The notes beneath the pieces were generated by a model. That model saw only the letters and a list, made by a program, of their open reading frames with translations. It was not told the origin of the DNA and did not search any database. Shown in pieces: positions 1-11,300 of a stretch of DNA of 55,079 nucleotides. Numbering within the stretch: position 1 is the stretch's first letter; every line of letters begins with the position of its first letter. A program made the translations under genes and the position numbers. The stretch covers positions 1 to 55,079 of the forward strand of contig JABANN010000190.1 in NCBI GenBank assembly GCA_013115125.1, given 5' to 3'. This DNA is from Perkinsus olseni (Eukaryota).

Positions 1-237
1 CTCTTCGTCATCATGCGGCGCGTGGAAGGCGGAAGCTCGGTGATAGCGACTGACGAACCTGGCAAAGAAGTCGCGGACTCGGCTATCGGCGATAAAGTCG
101 AGAGCGGAGCGATGCAAGTCGACTCGGTTAACGTCAAGAGAAAAGCCGACTCAGAATCTGCCGAGGCTGAGGGAGACGAAGTATCAGAGTGGAACCATCT
201 CCCACCCAAAAAAAGATACTTTAAGACTAACAAATGA
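1..237 (+). CDS. 3' end of a hypothetical protein entering from the left edge
   Basis: Frame is open from position 1 to a stop at 235-237. Acidic, low-complexity sequence ends in NLS-like KRKAD and HLPPKKR. No family recognised. Confidence 0.35.
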   Translation, partial: LFVIMRRVEGGSSVIATDEPGKEVADSAIGDKVESGAMQVDSVNVKRKADSESAEAEGDEVSEWNHLPPKKRYFKTNK

Positions 238-3200
238 TGACTATTCAAGATCCCGTTGTCAGGATGTTAATGATGATCTTTATCCCACAGTCCGCCTTGT
301 GCTCAACAGTCTGCTCGGCACTGTCGAGTTAACAAGTTGTAACAAGTTCTCTGACTGCGGTACCACTACAGGATGCAATTGGGATTCAGAGTTGCCTCTG
401 ACAAAGCGACGGGCACGCTTTGGGCTACTACCAGGAACGGTTCTTGCGTCCTTTGCGTTGGCGGAGTCCCTGCGATTGCTTAGCAACAAACCGCGTCTCC
501 TCCCGTTCATAGGAAGATAAAGGCTCCCAAGGCCCCCGAATGCTTTGGAACGCAAACGCCAAGAAACACAGACTCGGGAAACGTCAGAGTGGGGCCATAC
601 AAATATAAACCACATTCGAACACCATCTTCATTAAATTCACTCCATGGCCTCGTAGTATTCATTCGCGCATTGGCGATGCCCCCTCCGTTCCAACTAGCC
701 ACGAGCAAGGGAACCATCCCCATCTGCTCTGGGTGCTGCACCCATAAGCACGTGACCTACTTCCCGTGATAGGTGGCATCCTCCGAGAGGGCGTCGTCTG
801 CTAACTGTAGAGCGGCTGGCCGGGGAATAACAGCTGACAGCAATTCTCCTTTCATGACCTCCCCAGTCCCCGCATTTGTAGGCATCCCCGCATCAGGAAC
901 TAGGAAATGCATCGACCTCGTTGGTAGTTCGGGCAGAAGACCTCGTACAGCTGTCATGGCCCCTGGCACGCTAAGACGCCATTCGCGGCCTACTCGCGGC
1001 ACAACCACACGGATCTCGCCACCAGGAACCTCGCGCGAAACCACAATGATGATCACCTTCGTGCCAGTCCCAAAATTCTGCCCTATTTTATCTCCTAGGG
1101 CTGGCATTCCCGCGAACGCTCCGCCCACTCTGACGAAATCTCACTCGAGGACCAAACACTCGGCTAGAAGGGGATGATGGTGACAGTCGTGACTGAGTCG
1201 TCTGCGTTCGTTACGAAGCGGACGACATCCTCTGTCTCAAATGTAGCGGTGTGCTCAGTAGCATCGTCAACCATCGCTACCGACCGAAATAGATTCGGTC
1301 ATATACCAAGGGGTCACCATTCCATCGCTTAGGACCATCATACCGGCTTCCCCGGCGGACCTCAAAGCTTTGGCGCTAACGTTGCACTCCGAATGCTGTA
1401 CTGGAGAGGCGGAACGCCGCTACGGACGCTGGTGGACCGCACGCAGTGAAGAGACAGCCAAAACCTATCGGGGAAATATGCCAAGTAGCTTCTATCGCTG
1501 ACCTACTCGGTAGCCACCAACAACTCAATTATCACTGGCCCATTCGTCAACCACAGAGGACAAGCTTCACCCCAGGTAAACGCCAACTACACAGAACACT
1601 TGTGACCGCAGCTCTGTAAGAGTCACCAGCTACTGCTTGCATCACTTACGAGTTTATTCCCCCGCACTCTCGCCCACCAGTCTGTCTCAGGGGGCGGCAT
1701 CGCGTCCATATGAGGCGGAACGGGACGGTGATAGTATCAAACCGGCCCGAGGTCATCGCGTATCTCATGAGAGGGTATGGCACCTCGGTCGCATCCATGG
1801 AAGATAGCTTGCTACTGGTAGCAAGCCATTACCAGTTGCTACACTCGCGGTATAGCGGACTTTGCTGTCTTCATTAATAGGGTCTCATAGAACGCCAAGC
1901 ATATGTCCACTTGCCCGTAGCAGCTAGCCGCCCAGTAGACCCTGCCTGACAGAGAGCGTCAGTGATACTCTACTGATAGAGGCAGTTGGGCCTTCACTTG
2001 AATGAATCACAGCGGCACGTCCAACCCCTTTCCAGGCGCTTGGGATGACCTCGGCATATTTCTCGAGTTCGTGCATGATCATTCCCAGAGTGATACCAAT
2101 ACATTTACTGGAAGATGTTGTACCTGTACACGGTTTCTTTTGATATTTGCGCCCGAACTGATACCGAGAGCGGCCTCGAAGTCCGACGATAGCAAACTGT
2201 TGTATGGCTACCTCTGTGAAATGATACGCGACGGTTTCTCCGTCACTGAAAGCCCGTTCCATAAGGGAGCCCTCACTGTGGGTCCCATGGCTGACGGATG
2301 AAAGTATGTCTTCAACTTCGACCCTTGGGCAATCGAGAGCACATTCTCCACCAATCAGCAAGCGCGGCATCAACAGATTCTGAGCCAGTGTCGCTCTGGC
2401 GGTCTCCTGATCAGCCACCGCTAGTGAGACTGACTGTGGGGACACCGGCTAGTAATGAAGCTAAGTATCTATGAAATGCATGCCTTGCGCTCAAGACTGT
2501 TTCCAAAAGACAAGGGCTTACATTGCGTACCAATCGGTTCCTATTGGTATGTTGAGAGCCACTGTTCACCGTGGAGATTCTCGGACATCGTCAAGACCGC
2601 GGCGAGCAGTGTGATTTCAGCTTCTCACTTATCACTTCGCCACATTTACATGCGGCCTTGTAGAGTTCAGAATAGGTAACCTGAGTTCTGTAGAATGCAA
2701 AACAGTGAGGGAAAGTTGTAAACGAGAAAAGCTGCTCATACTCTCCTCACTATCTCTCTGATCTCATTCATCTCTACCGCAGCCGCGGTATCTCCACGGG
2801 TTGTTGCCGCGCTACGGAGCCAGTCATTAAAACTATGAGGTCCAGCGCGTAGGTTCACAAATAAAACTGCAATTCAGGCTCCAGTCACAACAGTGAACCC
2901 CAGACCCAAAGAGAGGTCTACAAGCAACGAAACACAGCCACTTCTGTCATTCGTCTGTGGCCACTCTCAAGTACGCACGCGCTCCGGTCAATAGCTTCCG
3001 AGCCCCATCAACGTTGGCGAGGGCGAGTTCGCTGTTAATAACCGTACAAACACGAGCCTTTAGGAATCCAACAGTTGCTACACGAAGTTGTCTCAAGATT
3101 CTATATTCTTGAGTCAAGAAGCACGTATGCTTGAAGGTACAGTTCGAGCCGGAGTCAGCTCAAAAACTCAAGACACGAATGTGGAAGAAACTAATAAGGC

Positions 3201-3268
3201 GTCATCACTGTCACCATTCAACTCGTTATTGCAGAAGTAGGATAAACGGGACGCTTCGCGGAAGGATC

Positions 3269-4817
3269 TCAGGGACTAGAACTGGTTGTCAGCTTGTACT
3301 GCTCGGTACCGACGGCTACAGCTTGCAGGACATTCTCGACGGCTAAAAGAGAGCACCTCAAAAACCGTTCGACCTTGTCGAGGCAGCGCCACAGTGGCGC
3401 CGCCACTCACCCGACGGAATGATGAGAGGCCAACGTAACCAGAAGGGCATATCTTCGCTCAGTGGGCCGGAGCGTATTTGATATCCGAAGCCCAGCGCAG
3501 CGATCACCGTCACAGATGTTGCCAGTTTGCGTGACGATCCAGCCGGCGGCGCAGTTCCGACAACGTAGCGGTAGTAAAGCTGAAAAGACTAACATCAACC
3601 CAAACACCAGCTCTGATAGGAGCGCAGAAGCTGAGAGAACGGGAGGACGTTGAAAACCCACCTCATGCCCACAGTTGGTGAGCAGTTGGGCTCCCAACAA
3701 GCAATTGGCCCAGTTGGCCAAGCTACGTTCCATCTTGTACGCGATGTACACGGCCATCGCCGCAACGGCACCCTTCGTAGTGAATCGGATCGCCAAGCGG
3801 GAGTTCGAGCTCAAGGATCGACCTGACCTCCTGTCGTGAACGGGAAGCTTCAATCGTGATACACCCACCCGTCTCAGACTCCTCGAAGCGCTTGATCTGA
3901 GGGGACAGGAATTGGTTGACCACACCCACGATGGTGCTCGCGGTATTCATACCGAGACCAAACCGAGCAGCATTACGAGAAAGAGCTGTCGCCAGGCAAG
4001 TCAAGACCTGAGGAGACAACCGACTGTTGCCGACAGTGACGGCTCGTGGTCGAGGCCTACTTGCGTGTATATGTTGCGAAATGCTCTGCTCAACTTCTCG
4101 GTATCCATGGTACGGAGGACTACTTCAAGTACACCTAAAGAAGGAGTATGATGCCATCATAAAGGAAGGATACTGACACCGCTTCCGCAGGGATCGCGGG
4201 GTGACCTTGCCAACGTGCAGCTCTTACCAACGTCAGTAGGAGGGCGTCCGACGTCCGGATCATCAATATCAGGCAAGGCGGCATCACCATCTCTCTTGTA
4301 ACAGAAGAGAGGGATGTTTCCCGGCAGGCTGTTGCGCATGTCGTCACGTACCTAGATCATTCAATCACTCGCCGACGCAGGAGCGGTAGTAACCTCAGAA
4401 TAGACCTCCGCGATGTCGTCAAAATCTCGCTTGAGGTCTTCAACTCGAATTGATTGGAGGAGCAACGACGTATACGGAAAGTGGCTGGAATAAGACAACA
4501 TCCCGTAGCCGAGAATACTGGCCATCACTTACTTGCCGTAACGTAGAAGGAAGAGGCCGAGGACACCGCCGAGGACTGTCCTGTTCCTATCGACAACGTC
4601 CCTTGTGGTGTCGACGACCGCCGAGACCCGACGGTATGCTTTGTTGGCGCTCTCCTCCACCTCCTGTAGAGTGACCACGCCATCGCCGTCCACGTCCAGC
4701 ATCCGGCCTGCACCTCCGACGACGCTGTCACGGAGCTGCTCCATTGATCGTAGGCTCGGACGCAACAAACTCCTGTTCAGCCTCAGCCCATTGGCCAAAC
4801 ACTAACTACCTCCTCAT
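3269..4817 (-). CDS. Multi-exon hypothetical membrane protein with one EF-hand-like loop
   Basis: Exons join across short GT-AG introns: MRRSLLRPSLRSMEQ, DVDGDGVVTLQE (canonical EF-hand loop), VLGGVLGLFLL, QVLTCLATALSRNAARFGLG, AVAAMAVYIAYKMER, VIAALGFGYQI, and last exon AVENVLQAVAVG...SSP*. Some internal junctions are uncertain. Confidence 0.6.
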
Positions 4818-5237
4818 TATGCAACCAAAGTCAACGAGCTTCAATGGAAAGTCGTTTCTCGACGATTACTCTTATCGCAGGCATGCGCTCACGGTCGGAC
4901 TTTATTACGGTACTGCAGACCGGCCCATGCACTCTTGAGTGGAGTCGCCCATCGCACGACTAACAAGAACAAACGATAGAAGTATTTTGGCAGCCCGGCA
5001 AGATAGCAACTGGGGTACAGTCGCATACAGTACCCCCAAGAATGTACCTCTTGGCCATTATGACGGTGACGATCGTTTGATGTCTTGCTCCCACATGGGG
5101 GGTCCCGAGCCTGGAGGACGGAGTTGAAGCAACGTCGGATCGATCCTACGGGCGGATGATCCTGCGCAAGAGAAGGTGCTTCAAGAAACAGTTCTGGTAG
5201 CAATCCCATGCAATTCAATATTCCTAGTAACTGTGGT

Positions 5238-8087
5238 TCACGCCGAGCATAGAGAGAACAGCTTCGCCTGGTTGCTCGGTGACATCTTCAGCTCTGCCGG
5301 CAACGGCTTGTTCTCTCCCAGTGCATGCTGCAGCTCCGCTATTGAGGGGTAGAAGCTGGACACGATGACCGCAAGCTTGGTCTCCATACCTGTCTTGACG
5401 AGCTATGAATCACAAAACTTGCGGCCTGTGATGTGTCCCATCGCAAGCAATGAGAGCGGATTTCCACACTGAGGATTCCAATGGCACGATGCCAACTTCG
5501 TTCGAGCTTGCCGTCAACGCACCTCTATCGAGGAGTTGCTCTTCAACAGCAATGCGCGCTGTGATCGGATGAAGCGGGTCATCGGTGAGTACGTAACGAA
5601 GGAGCCGGTGGAAAGCCCGGCGTCTCAGACCTGGTGTGCTGATTCACAGATTCTTCTCAAGGCTAGAGATGCCTCACCAAGCTGCTGATACCAGGCATCC
5701 AATTCTGAAGGAGTGGCTGGCAATGATGCCTTCAGCTCTTCTCGGGTACAACATTTTCCAATCGTTGCACAGGCTGTCTCACGCGTGATGCCTGAATGAA
5801 TCGAAGGTCGCGGGGACGACCGAATGATGGCCACGGATGCCGCCGAGGATTGGGCCTCCCCTCAGCGACTTACCATTGACCTTCTCTGCCAAATCCTCCG
5901 CTAACAGATACGCTCGATATTCTGCAGACCCTTCACCACATGCCAGTCTGATAACGTTCACTGCTGCCTTCTCCTCCAGTCCCCAATCGGCAGTCAACAA
6001 CTTCATTTTATCAGACGCTTCTTGCAACATCGCCCTGAGTCCTTCTAAGGACCGCACCCGCTTGAATACGATGTCGAGCTGGACGCCACGAATTCCGGCC
6101 TCTCGCAGCTGCTCTGCGAACTCTTCTCCAATGCCCAGTATAGGGCGCCAGTCCTCGCCCATTACGGATGCCGCCACCCTTTGAGCGATCACTCGGCCCA
6201 TGCGGGAACGCATCGACCTCTCTAGACTATCGAGCCCGCCCGGCTTCCCGAGCGCCGCCACCAGCCGCTGCATGGTCGGAAAGCGCTTGGCCGTGTGGTA
6301 GGCCGTGCGCATTGACACTCCCTTCACTGCCATCAACATGTTGATCATGGCGCGGTCCGCCGTCTTCGGCGCCTTGAACACTTGGGAGGACACTCGCGCT
6401 GGCGTGAACTCCGTCGGCCCAGCGCACAGCTTCTTAAAGCTTTGCACTATCTTATCGAGCACAGTGATGGTCTCGTGGAGGGACTCAGTCCTTAGGAGGA
6501 CCAAGCGGTCGCGTATCGGCAGTCTTACCATGTACCCGTAGACCAGCTCGGTGTTGTAGGCGCTATCAACAGAGCCTTCTAGCAACACCACCACTCGGTG
6601 TCGCTGATAGTCGACAGCCTCTAACAACGCCGATAGCTGGTTGCGGAGTCGAGCGTCTCTGTGCGATGACAAGAGGTCCCGAACTGTCTTCCTCTCAATG
6701 ATGAGTTTCTCACAGCTGTCACCCACCGCCTCGATAACGACATCGCCAACGTCCAGGCGGGAAACCTCGTATCTGCTGAGGAGATGCTCGCCTGCGACAC
6801 CATCGGCTCGTATGAAGTCACCCCTGGGCGGCTTTGGTGCCATTTCCCGAGTGCCCGAGGGCGTCCAGCAACAGCCCCTCTCTTGAATCGATCGTCACCT
6901 TCACCCCTCGCGGGGGCTTCCTCAGCCCAGTGCCCTCGGGAAAGTCATCCTCATCTGCGGTATCCGGACACCAGTGGTCATCCAGAACCTTTGGCTGGCT
7001 GAGAGCAGGCAGGGCGAGTGGCCTCAGGAGTGGGCAGAATCTTACAGCATCCGCCCAGTCTTCAACTGGTGTGCTATGTAGTGGCCCCATCCTCGTAAGT
7101 ACGGCGGCCACGGACGGTCATTGACAACCAGGTGCCGCAGCGATACCACCTATCACAATCACTTCCCACATGCGTACTGTGACACAATGATGACAGGAGC
7201 ATAGTGGGCACATGATAATAGCATCCCAGCCCACACACAACGGCTTGTCGACAACAGATTGTTTGATGCTTGGTCGAACCGAGCAGCAAAGCGAATTGAC
7301 GATCGGCAGCGAACACCTCTCGTGTTCTCCCCTCCGCACCAAGGATCCCGCTTTTGTCGCTTCTTCCTCAAAGAGATCCTGAATCACCGCCCTGGCCTCC
7401 TCATCAGTCTTGAAGGGGGACTTGAAGCTGGAGTCGTTCCCCAGGTCCGGCATAGATCTACAATCACTTTCACGCTAGGGCACGTTGTGTCCAACCTACG
7501 GATTCGGCTTCTTCAGCAGAGTGAAAACGAGTCCCGCCTGATCGTCATTGGCATCACCGAAGGTTCTGAGGATACTCATCCGCGGTAGAGGACGATAAAC
7601 AGGGGCAAGTGCTCTCCGCCCTACCGGTAGCGGAGTTTGGTCGCAAAGAAGTGCGCCCAGGCCCTCTGTGTGCTTGTCCACTGCGAACCACTCTCATAGT
7701 GGTCGACGAGAGATGCTATCTAAGAAGCGGAGCGTCCGGAGGTTCTACGCATTCGGAAGCTGCCACAAACGCTGCGTAAGAATCCTCGAGGCTGAGTGCA
7801 AACACAATTTACCGTACAAATTGGTCAGGCTTCTCCTCCTGGGAAGCCAGTATCTTCCGCAATGCCTTCGACACTTCATCATCCGATACAAACGCAGACT
7901 CGAACTTCGTAGGTGATCTGCAAGTGGGACCAGCACTTCTCTGGTCACGGGCCGAGCGAGTCGGAAACGTTCACCTTTGCTTCGTTTTCACCGTGAACTT
8001 CAGTGGGGCCGCCGACTGTGTGAAAAGCCTAAACGGTACGCACCATGCATTGTGTGGCAGTCTCGAGCGATGCAGTAGCATCATCAT
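5238..8087 (-). CDS. ERCC4-domain (XPF/MUS81/Hef family) structure-specific nuclease with tandem HhH-like repeats and an Arg-rich N-terminal leader
   Basis: VKVTIDSRE, LDVGDV and IIERKTVRDL match the ERCC4 motifs (DxRE, GD, ERKxxxD), followed by VVVLLEG. C-terminal repeats begin GVSMRTA, GIRGVQL, GITRETA and GMETKLA. Stop TGA at 5238-5240; first exon MMMLLHRSRLPHNAWCVPFRLFTQSAA. Confidence 0.8.
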
Positions 8088-8386
8088 GAAGGGGCATCAC
8101 AACTGCACCAGCTGACGAAGGAGAGAACAATCATCTCCTTCAGAAGCCACTCTAGTTTGGACGGCAGAGCCAGAGTAAGGCACAGAGCTCCGGCGAACCA
8201 GTGGTTACATTGATGGCGCACTTGACTCGATTGGGAAAGCTGGCTTGAGATTGAAATCAGTTTAGACACTCGTGTGTGAAACAGCAACCATATGGTCAGT
8301 ATATGCATCGAAAACACGTTGGGGGGAACGTGTGGGTACGTAGGGGAGTAGTGGTAGCAGGAGGAGGAGGACACTATATGCCTAAT

Positions 8387-11300
8387 TCACATCTGCCTGG
8401 CCTCTCCTGCACCAGCGGTGGGCGGCGGGCCGTTGGCAATCGCTCTTGATTGAGCGGGCTTGAACATTTGTAACATCCTATGTGTGATAGCGAAGCCGCC
8501 AGAGACGTTCACCAAGCTGAAGAAGATGGCCGCCAAGGCGGATATGACCTGCCAGGGGAGAAAAGGGGAGAAATCTCCACGCCAGATACGGTAGGATAAT
8601 CGTCACGCGCCCCGGCAGTACTACAGGCCTGGCCTGCTGAGAAGACTCACCTGTCCACTAGGGAATGGCCCGTTCATCTGGAGCATCCCACCCGTAGCAA
8701 TGACTCCGCTGATGGCATTGGTAACCGATATCAACGGAGTATGGAGAGCAGGGGTTACAGCGGCCACAGTGAAGTGACCAATTAACAGCGACAGCACCTG
8801 CAGCACCTCCGCTAGCGGCCACTCTCTAGGGTGCTCAGGATGCTCACGAAGTCTCCAACTAGACGCACATTATTGACATCAGCCGAGATGCCGAGGGCCA
8901 AGACCACTGTAAAGCCCAGCGCCACCGCCACGGCCTCAGCATGGTCACACAAGTAGTCTGATGAGGCGACCGGCTTCACCATCAGTGCAGCAGACGATCA
9001 GCGGACTACCGAGCACAGCCTGGGCGCTGCTGTCCTCGAGCCGCATGGGAGGCAGCTCTACTCCTACTGGGAGGGACGGCGGCACGGGAGCGGGTGGCTG
9101 CGGCATCGGTGGGGGTGGATACCTCGAGGGAATAACGTGGCCCACCGGCACGCTCTGGCGTCAGCTGTCAGCTTACAGCATCTCTCCGCCCTTCGTGAGA
9201 GTACTCTGTCTCACAAGAACATCGTCGAAGTTGAAGATGAGGTTAGCGGGCCCCGCAGCTTCTCCGGGCGACGTATCTGCTCCAACTCCTCGCCTCCTCC
9301 TCCTCCTCCTCCTCCTCCTCCTGCGCCCCCCACTGGGCCTCCAGCGTGTGTTTAATAAAGAGAGGAGGGCCAACAGTGCGATACTCTCCTTCACGGTTGC
9401 ACACCGAATGTAACCCTGGGATGTCATAGGAGCCCACCTTCACGTAGTAGCTGTAGCATGCCCAGGAGGTTGTGGCTCAGCATGGTGGAGCTTTGCTGGG
9501 GCATATCCGAAGTCAGCGTCGTCCGCCCCACGATCGTCACTTTTGAAGCAGCGTCAACAACCGCTCGACCTGGCACCTAGCACCACGCACATTTTCGACA
9601 AAAAAAGCCTGGCCGTTACCGTGAGCTCGCAGTTGCCTCCCGCGGTTGCTGCAAGATCAACGATGACGCTATGCGGGGCCATGGCGCGGACCTGAGTACA
9701 GCTGCTTCTCTAGCAGTACGTCCCAAGCAGCTCGACCAGTGAGGAGACCCCTTACCATCTCCTTCGTAACCAGCATTGGTGCTCTCCGATTGGGAATCAT
9801 GGCTGTGCAGATTACAACGTCTACCTAAAAGGTACCTCCTATCACGGGCAAGCCGAATGACGACTCCCCCTCCCCACCTTCTTCACCATGGCCGCATACG
9901 TCTCCATCTGTGCACGCTTGAACTCGGGCGAGCTGATCTCTGCTGCGTACCCCCCAGAGCCCCCCGCCCCAGAGGTCTCTCGGCACTCGATGCGGACGAA
10001 AGTGGCCCCCATGGACTCTATCTGATCAGAGATCCGTCCCGCGGGAGGTAGGGGTGGCCTTCCTCGCAGTGGCGTATAAAGCCCACCTGCTCCTTCGTAG
10101 TGTCCCGAACATCGCTAGCGTATACCCTCGCCCCTAGGCTCTGTGCTGTAGCCACCGCCGATAGGCCAGCCACGCCCGTGCCTGCCAAGAAGACCATACA
10201 GACACCGCCACCCGATGATGCCGGCAATACCAATGACGAACACGCTCGCTGCTGGCAGATGGCCACTCGCCGTTACAGACGGCCGAGAGATCCGAGGCAG
10301 CACGTGAAAGGCTTCAACCACGGCTCTGAGACGACAAAAATATCAGGCCGAAGGGTTGTTTGATACACCAACAGCTTCTGTACGAGACCTCAAGCGCTGG
10401 CCCCTCACCTGTATCCCGCTATGTTGGCCATGGAGGTGAGAACATCTAACTTCTGCGCCCGACTGACATAACGCGAGTTTACTGAGCAGTTTCCACGCTC
10501 TCGAGAATTAGAGGCCGCCAGGAGAGGCAATAAGGGCCGATTCGGTTGCACGCAGGTTGCTTTGAAAGCATACGCATATGGACTTACCTTATCCTCGGTA
10601 CGGCTGCCATGCTCACCACGGTGACCTTCTTGGCACGCAGTTGTTCGAGCAGCTCGAGGACTTCATCGTTCACCGAGAATGTTGATATTATGACCTGATA
10701 GCGGAGCTTCGCCCAATCCACATTACCACTCTCCCACCTGAGTGACGCCATCGAGGTCCCTCCCATCACGACTGAGCCGCACATCCTTGGTGGTCAGCGC
10801 GGCCACTCGCAGCACAACGTCCGCCTTAGCATACACCTCCTCCTGTACAACAACAACAACAACAGAGAGCTGCTACACTCCACGCGGACCCTCACGGAGC
10901 GTTCTTTCCGAACCACAACAAGTTTACGACGAATGATGGCGGAAAGGGGAACCCTCCTCAGTACCGCTGTCTTCAGCCTTGTGGCGCCCATAAGCTCGTA
11001 CTCCTCGTCCGAGAAGCTTGCCGCTTGGCCGCTCCCCGCCTCGAAAGCCACGTCAAAACCCAGCATACGTAGCTTGCGCGTGACGACGGGCGTTACAGCA
11101 ACCCGTCGTTCTAACTCTGCTGCTTCTGAGCGAAAAAGAGCCGTCCGGGACTCGGGCCGCCTCATACGTGCCTCATCACCAGCATCGTCGAATATGCTTT
11201 CGTTGACAAAGCCGACCATCGCCCCTACAGGCGGATACTCGACCCTTTCCTCGGCACCCTCACTGGACCCATCCTTGCCAGCCGAATTACCGGTCTCTCC

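Noticed and set aside
280-1274. Minus-strand ORF chain (280-741, 757-1128, ATG at 1274)
   Set aside because: The frames do not join cleanly and no motif is recognised. It could be a degenerate gene but I cannot support it.
1924-2445. 173-aa minus-strand ORF
   Set aside because: Non-ATG start, no recognisable domain and no splice-supported continuation.
6775-6860. Apparent frameshift within the ERCC4 domain
   Set aside because: Resolved by a normal ~50-nt GT-AG intron (CAGGG|GTGACT...CAGCAG|ATAC).
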